From: Podarcis liolepis
Taxonomy: Eukaryota
Direction: 5' to 3' (one strand)
Assembly: GCA_965112155.1 (NCBI GenBank)
Contig: OZ218100.1
DNA length: 64,000 nucleotides
Under the pieces are notes generated by a model. It saw only the letters and a program-made list of their open reading frames with translations, searched no databases and had not been told where the DNA came from. The translations under genes were made by a program, and so were the position numbers. Below are positions 56,077 to 64,000 of this stretch, piece by piece; the first letter of the stretch is position 1, and every line of letters starts with the position of its first letter.

Positions 56077-56319
56077 GGCATGAGCTTTTCCATAACCCTA
56101 TGCATGTTTATTTGGAAGTAAGCGCCATTGCATTTAACGGGACTTTCTCCCAGTCCTCGTGAACAGGACTACAGCTTTTAGGGGCCCACTCCATGTCACA
56201 TATTTGGGGTATGCCCTCAATTGACAGCTGACAGAGGAGAGTTTCTCTGTCTTCGTGCAACCCAAACTTCTGCCCTGGCAAAGTTATCAGCCACGAAGCT
56301 TTCTGGTAGCTTTGCAGTA

Positions 56320-57260
56320 TCAAAACACCGACGGCGGCTTCAGGGCTTGAGTTTGTATATATAAAAACAGAATCCGCCGGGTTGCTCCCAAGAGCAGGCG
56401 CCCCCCAGCGGAGCCGCTCGTCGAAGCAGCTCCGGCGAAGAAAACCCGCCCCGCCAGCATCCCGAAGGGGCGGGCCTTGTCGCTTCCTTTTGGCGCCAAG
56501 CGTTTCTGTGGCGGAGGTGGGAGCTGCTGACGTTGAGGCACGGAGCGCGCCCCAGCGTCTCCGGTGATTGGCCGGGCTCTTCCGGGCGCCACCTCTCCCG
56601 TTTGGCGGCGGCGAAGGTGGCGGTGTTTTGGGGTGGGGGGAGTGTTGTCAGCGAGAGAGGCAGCGACGGCCGCCGGCCGAGGGAGCGAAAGTGAGGAGGA
56701 GCAGCGGAGGCGGCACGGCGCGCGTTATTCCGGTTTGTAGAAACAAGTGGCCCGGGAAGGGAGTGGGGGTGTTTTTCTCTCGTGGGGATCAAGCGGGTGG
56801 GAGAGTGGCTGCCTCACCTGCCCGGAACCCCTGCCGATCCCCGCGGCGGCATTCCCACGAGCACATCTCCCGAGTTATCTATATATTGTATTGTCTTTCC
56901 CCCGAATGGCATCGTACCCCACCAGCATGTAACTCTTCCCGCTCCCAGTTCCCACGTCTCCCACTTTCTCGCCCCCGCTTTCTGCAAGGCTGGGGGTTTG
57001 GAGGGTGGGGCGGGGGTGCCTTTATGGCCCTCCAGACGTTGCTGGACTACAACTCAAGCCATCCTGGTTTGTGGTGACTGGGCATGTAGTCCAACAGCAG
57101 CTGGAGGTCACTGGGGTGAAAGTGGGGGCTGGGGCTGCCTTAAGGCCTGCTCAGCGCCCGAAGAGGGAAACAAATGGGTCGAAGTTCCGAAGTGGTGGAC
57201 TTGGACCGCACCAGTTTAACCGGAGAGTGGTGGCGGGTCATGTTTTATATCGCCACTTAG
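56320..57260 (+). promoter_or_regulatory. CpG island / CASP8AP2 promoter and probable non-coding exon 1
   Basis: CpG-rich; GC box GGGGCGGG 56467-56474, E2F-like TTTTGGCGCCAA 56488-56499, TGACGT 56528-56533, inverted CCAAT (ATTGG) 56567-56571; candidate donor AAA|GTGAGG at 56690/56691. Confidence 0.78.
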
Positions 57261-57680
57261 TTCTGCTTTGGGTGGAATTTGTCTTCCCACACCCCACTGA
57301 GTCCAGGACTAACCTTGTAATGCTAAACTTGTCTACTGAGGAATAATTAAATGTTGAATTCAGTGAGGCTTGCTCCCAGTTAAGTAGACTAGGGTTGTGC
57401 ATAAGTGCACAAAGAACATGTGCAGAGTGCCTTGCTGTTTAGTAATGAGAAAGCACTTTTACTTGTCGTGGTTAAGAGTGAAGACTGCTTTTCGTTGGAG
57501 AAGACTTGTTTGAGCAGTAGGCCCTGTACTTTTTTATAGGAAGAATTGTATACAGTGGTTGCTCTACTCTGTCCTCTTTGGAGAACTGCTCTTCACTTGC
57601 TTTCCCCCTCACCTCTGACTTGGTGGACAAACCACAAGCCCAGGTTCAAACATAACCTGAAGCCAAACCATGGCTTAGGC

Positions 57681-57878
57681 CAGAGCTTTCCAAACTTTTC
57701 ATGTTGGTGACACACTTTTTAGAAAGGTGTCATTTCATGACACAGTAATTCAGTTTCACTAGCAAATCAGAGGTTAAATTAATCCATTTCCAGCCCTGGG
57801 AGCATTTTCAAGACACACTCAACAACACAGTGCAGCCGACACACTAATTTGTCCTGACACACAGTTTGGAAAGCTCTG
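57681..57878. mobile_element. Intact 198-bp hAT-like MITE
   Basis: Perfect 16-bp TIR cagagctttccaaact / agtttggaaagctctg; perfect 8-bp TSD gcttaggc (57673-57680, 57879-57886). Confidence 0.92.
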
Positions 57879-58387
57879 GCTTAGGCCTAAGTAGTGTTAT
57901 TGTCTACAATCTTGGTTCTGGGAAGCCACATGTTTGCTCATTCTCGTCAAGTTATGGTTAGCTTTAGCGCCAGGGGCGAAACTAGGTTTTACTTCACCTA
58001 GGTCAAAGACCCAATTTGGCACACACCCCATACACATTTACACACACAAGCTGGGAGCCTCAATTGTGCCCCCCCTAGTGGCTTCACCAGGGGCAAAAAG
58101 ATCTGACTAGCCCCCCTGTAGATACAACACTGCTTAGTGCTATGGAACTGTTTGTTGCAAAAATAAATGCTGGCAATCTCATTCACCTGTGAATATGTTC
58201 TTCCCATCCTGGCCATCATCTGTGTATGCAAGAACACTTGTGTCCCACTGTGAAAGCAGAATAAAGAGATCCATCTTTCTCTGATGGATTGCCTTCTATA
58301 TTAATAACCTGTATGATTTTACTTAGGCTAATCAGAATCTTTTTTTTGTTGCCAAATGCAGATGGAGAATACTAGGAAGAGAGTATA

Positions 58388-58442
58388 ATGGCAACAGATG
58401 ATGATGATGATGGGATGACGTTTTCTAATTTATTGCATGGTG
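58388..58442 (+). CDS. CASP8AP2: CASP8AP2 first coding exon (exon spans 58362-58442)
   Basis: acceptor tgcag|58362; ATG 58388 [19 protein letters not shown]|gtaagt. Confidence 0.9.
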
Positions 58443-61400
58443 GTAAGTTTTTTTGTTGGTTGGTTTTAATCAGATTATTTTTACTTAAAAAATAAATAAA
58501 TGTAGGGAAACTCCATACCAAGGAAGAAACCCTTGAGAAAAGTTATATATGGACCAATATATGTAGCTCCTTGTACAGCACAGTTGACTGTCATATGTTG
58601 TGGCAAGAGCTGTTGCTGGTCATCGGAAGAGATCATCAGTTTTCTTCCTGCATTGCTGAGAGACCCATCATATGGTTTTCTAAGAATCTGATCTTTGGGA
58701 GCAGAGTTGTGCAGACAAGCATTGGATGCCCTCTTAACTACAATTTTCTTCTTGTGACTTCATAGAATATGATGGATACCATTATTGAACAAATGATAAG
58801 GACCTAGGTATTACTGTTATGGCTATGTTTGATGCTGTATTATCTTTTTAATGTAAGAAGTTATTTCCGACACAAAAATGGCCTATTTTTGTCCCTTTTA
58901 AGTACCGTATTTTTCGCTCTATAACACGTGCCAGACCATAACACGCACGTAGTTTTTAGAGGAGGAAAACAAGAAAAAAAATATTCTAAACGAAATAGTG
59001 GATATATGATTTTTGTGGTTCATGCTGTGGCCACAGACATGTGATCTGACAGTAAGTTTGGAGTAGCCCAATGCAAAAATCCTGAGGATCCATGTGGATC
59101 CATGCTTTGTAACCACAGAGGAGGGAAGGAAGGGGAACCATGGATCCTCTGCTCACGACTGCAGCAGATCCCCACCCCCTGCCACCCGCAGGCATTCGCT
59201 CCATAACACGCACAGACATTTCCCCTTACTTTCTAGGAGGAAAAAAGTGAGTGTTATGGTGCAAAAAATACGGTAATTTATCATTCTATAAAACCCACCG
59301 CTGAGGCTACAATTTGAAGGGGGACACTAGTGCAAGGGGAGAAGAGCTTCTTATTTCTTTCACCTCATAGTGATTTCCTACTAAAGATCCTTTCTAGTGC
59401 CTTCTCTTGTATTTCACCATTACTACGTGCATAGACTGGGTGAACTTACATATTATTACTTTATTCTCTTTATTTGCAGTTTCTTCTCAAGGAGCAGATG
59501 ATGATGAGAGTTCAGTGGATATTTATGATGGATTAGACAGCTCTCCAGTTATTTCTGGTATGTTCATAGCTTTGTAACCAATGGCATTCCTCAGCTGAGA
59601 GTAAAGATCTCTGAAGCAGATTTATGATGGACATGGGGGGTAAGGCTTGAGCAGGAAGGATGAACCACTGAGAATTCACTGCTTCCCTTCCTCTTCCACT
59701 GACAGAAGCTTTTAGCTGAGTTGGATACAATCCATAGTTATTTGGTTATTTAATTATACTTTGGAGAATTTTGTCATAAAAGGTCCTGTATATATTCATC
59801 CTGCTGTTAGGATAGAGCATTTTTGTTTTGGGTTTGTTGCAGAAGCAATAAGTATCTTTTACACTTCAGAGTAGGAGTAGTTTGTATTGACTCTTAAGAG
59901 ATGGCTTTGATATGTAATTTGAGTTAGCAGCTGCCACAAATAGCATTTTGATCTAAGTAGAATTTCTTAGGTGACAAGTGGCAACCATGACTTATTTGGA
60001 AGGACATCAGGGAAGAGATAAAATGTGCAGAACCGGTTGCTGTATCCTGGAACATCATAACACTATACATGATTTAAAAACCTGATGGAAGTTGTGAAAC
60101 TGAAACTAACTTTCACAACTTTTACATGGGAGTAAGCCCCCCCCACTAGATGTCTAGTGCATCCCGCCCCCCCGCCCCCGTCCCACATAGGAAACACTTT
60201 TGAAACTGAGAACAATATTCAAAAGCAGTTTGATGTGGCATAGGGACCTGCTGTTTAGGGAAGTTTTTAATGACGGATGTGACGGATGTTTTAATGTATT
60301 TTTAATCTTTTGATGGAAGCTGCCCAGAGTGGCTGGGGAAACCCAGCCAAATGGGCGGGGTATAAATAATATAATATTATTATTGTTGTTGCTGTTGTTA
60401 TTGTTATTATTATAGCTCTTTCGATCTTATCTAATGGAAGAATGGGTACAATGGAAAAGGAAAATATTCCAAGTAAAACTCTCTCTCTCTCTCTTCCTGC
60501 TCTCTCAGTCAAACCTGCTACAAAACTGACCTCATCAATAAGTAGTTTAAACCTATTTGATGAGATCCTGATTGAAGAAGGAACAGCAAAGGAAGCTACT
60601 TACAATGATGTATGTATTTTGAATCAATGATACGTTGGTGAAATGTGATGTAGTTAGTTAGCAAGTTAGTTAGCAAGGTGTATGTTTTAAATTCATCAGT
60701 TCAGCACATTTTAGTACACTATGTGCTATCAAAACATTTTAAAATCCCCAAACACCCACTTTACTGAGAAGTCTCAATTTATTGAAAAATTCGACATGTG
60801 CACCAGGAAATCTGTGATCAGTCATGACACAGACATTTTGTAAATGCATGTTTGGATGGTTTTCCTGTTTGTGAGGGAAATTTTATTTACTATTATTTTA
60901 ATGTAATGACTTTTCTTGCATATTTTAACAAAGCTCGATTATTATTATTATTACCCAAAGAAAATTATGCTCACTTAATACTGTCTTTAATACAAATGTG
61001 AATAATCCTGTTTCAACAGTTGCAGGCTAAACATGAGAAATGTCAGCAACAACTTCAAGAGTTGACAAGGAGGTTTCAGCAAATACAGGAACAGGTAAAG
61101 CAGCATTAAGTGGTAATTTATCCATTTTGTATCCTGTAACTGAAAGTGTTCTACAAACTCTTCATATACATCTTCCAATTTGTATTGGTTTGCTGTTTTG
61201 AAGTATTAGTTGTGAGTGTATCTGGTTTTTTAAATAAATCAAAATAAGAAAATAAGAAACAGCAACCACAATAATAATATTTTGAATTAGTGAGGCTGTG
61301 CAGGGCAGCTCTGTCTCAGTAAGGACTGTTAGTATCGTAAATGTATTTTGCTTTGATGCTTATTGAAAATAGTACTTTTTTATTAGGCTGCAGTACAAAG

Positions 61401-64000
61401 TCGGTGGGGCATTTTGAAAGTTCTTTGTGAAAGTTAACTGTGATTCATTTAAATGAGATTTTTTCCTAAACCGTTATTTCCTTCTCTCCCCCAATATATG
61501 CAGATACAAGTTCATAACGTGTATATGTCTCTGTGTTCTTTTAAAATTAGAACTCTGCTCTGCAAAATGAAAACCAGTCTCTTAAAAAGAATATTTCCGC
61601 TCTCCTAAAAACAGCTAGAGTGGAAATTAATCGCAAGGATGAAGAAATTAATAGTCTCCAGCGAAGGTATGCTTTTTTCAGGAATGTCCTCTATTGTCCA
61701 AATATTTAGAAGAAGAAGCAAGACACATTTGAAACTAAAAAGTAGAAGATGTTTTCTAAGCCTATCTTTTTTGTAGTTAAATTTAACATACACATAAACG
61801 TTAACTTGCTGGGTATCAGATACTCATCTTCTGAAAAAAAATTATGCTAAAATTTGAAGTGTTTTCTGAAAAAGGTTACCTACACATTCTGTTCATAGCT
61901 TCATGCTTGCTAGCATAACTAGTGCGCAATGATGTGGAATGTTTTCATTCTGTCCGGTATTTGGCCAGGGATGGTACTAAGGTCTTGTGGTTCAATTGGG
62001 TGTTCATTTCAGTGGGGATCAGGGGAAGTGTATTTTGTTTTTAAGCTGAGTACTGTGCATGAGGGACGCAGGTGGCGCTGTGGTCTAAGACACTGAGCCT
62101 AGGGCTTGCCGATCAAAAGGTTGGCGGTTCGAATCCCCGCAACAGGGTGAGCTCCCGTTGCTCGGTCCCAGCTCCTGCCAACCTAGCAGTTCGAAAGCAC
62201 GTCAAGTGCAAGTAGATAAATAGGCACCTCTCCGGCGGGAAGGTAAATGGTATTTCTGTGCGCTGCTCTGGTTTCGCCAGAAGCAGCTTAGTCATGCTGG
62301 CCACATGACCCAGAAAAACTGTCTATGGACAAACGCCGGCTCCCTCGGCCAGTAAAGCGAGATGAGCGCCGCAACCCGAGAGTTGTTCGTGACTGGACTT
62401 AAGTGTCAGGGGTCCTTTACCTTTTTACTGTGGATGAACACTTTTAATGTGTTGTACTGTTTTGAGGTATCTGCATTGGCATGTACTTATCGGGAGGAAG
62501 TTGCTTTGAGACTTGTTTCTTTTTTAAGGAAGCTACGAGCAAATTAAATGATGTTCAGTTCTCATTCTATCTTAATTTTAAAAGCTGAAAGGACCAGACT
62601 GGCTTCAACAAAGCCCCAAGCCATCAACATTTGTAAACAAATTGTTGCAACTGAAGCATATCATTTTCATCTCATGGCAACCACATTGGCACCAGGCAAG
62701 GATCCCTGGGAACAGCATTCCTGAAACGGGGCTGCCCTGTGTAAAGCATGTGCTGGGTGATTGGGACCAGGTTAACTAGAGAGGCTATGAGTTAAGGCTC
62801 TCTTTTTCTGCCTATTTTGGTTCTGGTATGTTACTATATTAGGAAGTTGGGGGGGGGGGGGAGAAAACATTAAATGGGGATTGTCATTTTAAAAGGGAAC
62901 GACAGCTCATTAGAAGATCTGGTAATTTCAACAGTGTTATCCTTTCTGTTTGTTTGTATAAATCCTAAATAGAAGGTCCCCATCCAAACTGGTTAATCTT
63001 AACTATGCTTTGTTGATACAAGCCAACTTCTTAAAGAATGCCATGGTGTGGACCTTTTCTTCCTTTAAAAGTAAAAGGAAGATTAAATATTTATTTAAGA
63101 CTTTTAAATGCTTATTCTCACCACGGCATTTAGATTTTAGTAGAATTTGGAGTTTGCTTAAATCTCAAATAACTTTTGAAATGTAGTATAGTAATACAAT
63201 CTCTTTCTAAACAGGTTAACAGAATTTCAAGTTCATCCGAATACCTATGGTAGAACATACTTCCCAGCATCAACTAATAATGCAAGAAACTTGGAGGGAT
63301 CAAAACTGAAAAATAAATTCAGAGATTTAGTTCCAGAGAACAATTCAAGAACTGATTCTAGAACTACCCAAGCCCTGCCTAAGGACAAACCTTGGGGTAC
63401 AGAAAACAAGAAATTGCCTCCAGAAAAAGGAGACACTCTGTACATATCTCAATCTCATCCTGAACAGCTTTGCAGCAATGGTACTCATGTAAGGCTTGCA
63501 AGTGTTGACAGCTCTTATGACAAAGAAAAAGGAAAAAAAGAAACGAAACATAATGAGCATCATGGCAGTGAGAATAACTACAGATACAAAACAAAAGCAC
63601 ACCAAAATCTAGGCAGCACACTAGAGGGAAAGTTGGATTCTCATGGAAGGTTGGAAGTTAATCCAGACAAAACAGAAAAAAACGGACTATGGAAAGATAA
63701 AAAGGACTTGAAGCTCAAAAGCAGCCCACATACAGAAAAAAGAACTGATAAGGTCCCTTCTGCTAGGGAGAAACAACCAACCCCTAAAGATACATCACTG
63801 TCAAAACTAGAACACTCCAGCAGTGACAGGAGTGAAAAGTCACAAAACAAAAATCAGAAGGACCTGAAACTGAGAAACAAAGAGGAAAGCAACAACGGAC
63901 AAAAAAACAGGCAATCTGACAGCTATCTAGAACAACAAAGAACTGGCAAGGTTAGTAGTCCCCCTGAATGGAATAAAATTGCCAGAAGCCCTAAAAAAAC
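58388..64000 (+). CDS. CASP8AP2: CASP8-associated protein 2 (FLASH), spliced, 5' part; continues beyond window right edge
   Basis: Spliced translation [63 protein letters not shown] matches the recalled FLASH N-terminal coiled coil/Lsm11-binding region. The head-to-head position next to MDN1 fits known vertebrate synteny. Confidence 0.96.
58905..59273 (+). mobile_element. pogo/Tigger-like MITE, copy B
   Basis: Same TIRs and TA flanks as copy A, same orientation. Confidence 0.9.
59480..59557 (+). CDS. CASP8AP2: CASP8AP2 coding exon 2
   Basis: ttgcag|[25 protein letters not shown]|gtatgt. Confidence 0.92.
60243..60413 (+). mobile_element. LINE (L2-like) 3' end with (TTA/TTG)n tail
   Basis: ..gctgcccagagtggctggggaaacccagccaaatgggcggggtataaataat..tattattgttgtt. 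Confidence 0.62.
60509..60609 (+). CDS. CASP8AP2: CASP8AP2 coding exon 3
   Basis: ctctcag|[28 protein letters not shown]|gtatgt. Confidence 0.94.
61020..61094 (+). CDS. CASP8AP2: CASP8AP2 coding exon 4
   Basis: aacag|[25 protein letters not shown]|gtaaag. Confidence 0.94.
61551..61666 (+). CDS. CASP8AP2: CASP8AP2 coding exon 5
   Basis: attag|[38 protein letters not shown]|gtatgc. Confidence 0.95.
62063..62425 (+). mobile_element. Full-length Sauria-type tRNA-derived SINE
   Basis: GGGACGCAGGTGGCGCTGTGG head, GGTTCGAATCC B box, cctttacctttt tail; TSD tactgtgcatga (62051-62062) / tactgtggatga (62426-62437). Confidence 0.9.
63215..64000 (+). CDS. CASP8AP2: CASP8AP2 large coding exon (truncated by window end)
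   Basis: aaacag|G TTA ACA GAA TTT (LTEFQVHPN...); K/E/S-rich frame stays open to 64000. Confidence 0.92.

Noticed and set aside
62063-62140. tRNA gene call for A/B-box sequences (also 14640-14715, 15110-15180, 20990-21064)
   Set aside because: These are SINE heads continuing into SINE bodies and tails, most with TSDs; no complete cloverleaf is evident.

Overview
Eukaryotic (vertebrate) genomic DNA, most likely a squamate and probably a lacertid lizard. That assignment is inferred from Sauria-type SINEs with (ACCTTT)n tails and lizard-type Penelope/L2 fragments. Minus strand 8-53757: the 5' ~63 coding exons of MDN1 (midasin/Rea1, 60S-biogenesis AAA+ ATPase). My hand-built splice model is phase-consistent at every junction (10,515 nt, 3,505 codons). 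It covers the N-domain, all six AAA modules and part of the linker, and the gene continues beyond the left edge. Plus strand 58388-64000: the 5' coding exons of CASP8AP2 (FLASH), head-to-head with MDN1 across two CpG islands (~53.3-54.2 kb and ~56.3-57.3 kb), running off the right edge. Introns carry SINEs, pogo/Tigger-like and hAT-like MITEs, a Penelope-like hairpin, LINE tails and microsatellites. I see no convincing new gene or system. The best leads are regulatory or structural: a TAATG stop/start-overlapping uORF on FLASH, the FLASH LDLY motif reading LNLF, a near-identical MITE pair bracketing the FLASH promoter and start exon, a SINE tail that creates a strong cryptic acceptor next to a weak MDN1 acceptor, three GC-AG introns, and nested TE insertions. 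Exon numbers are my own count within this window. Homology statements rest on recalled human sequences, not on a search.
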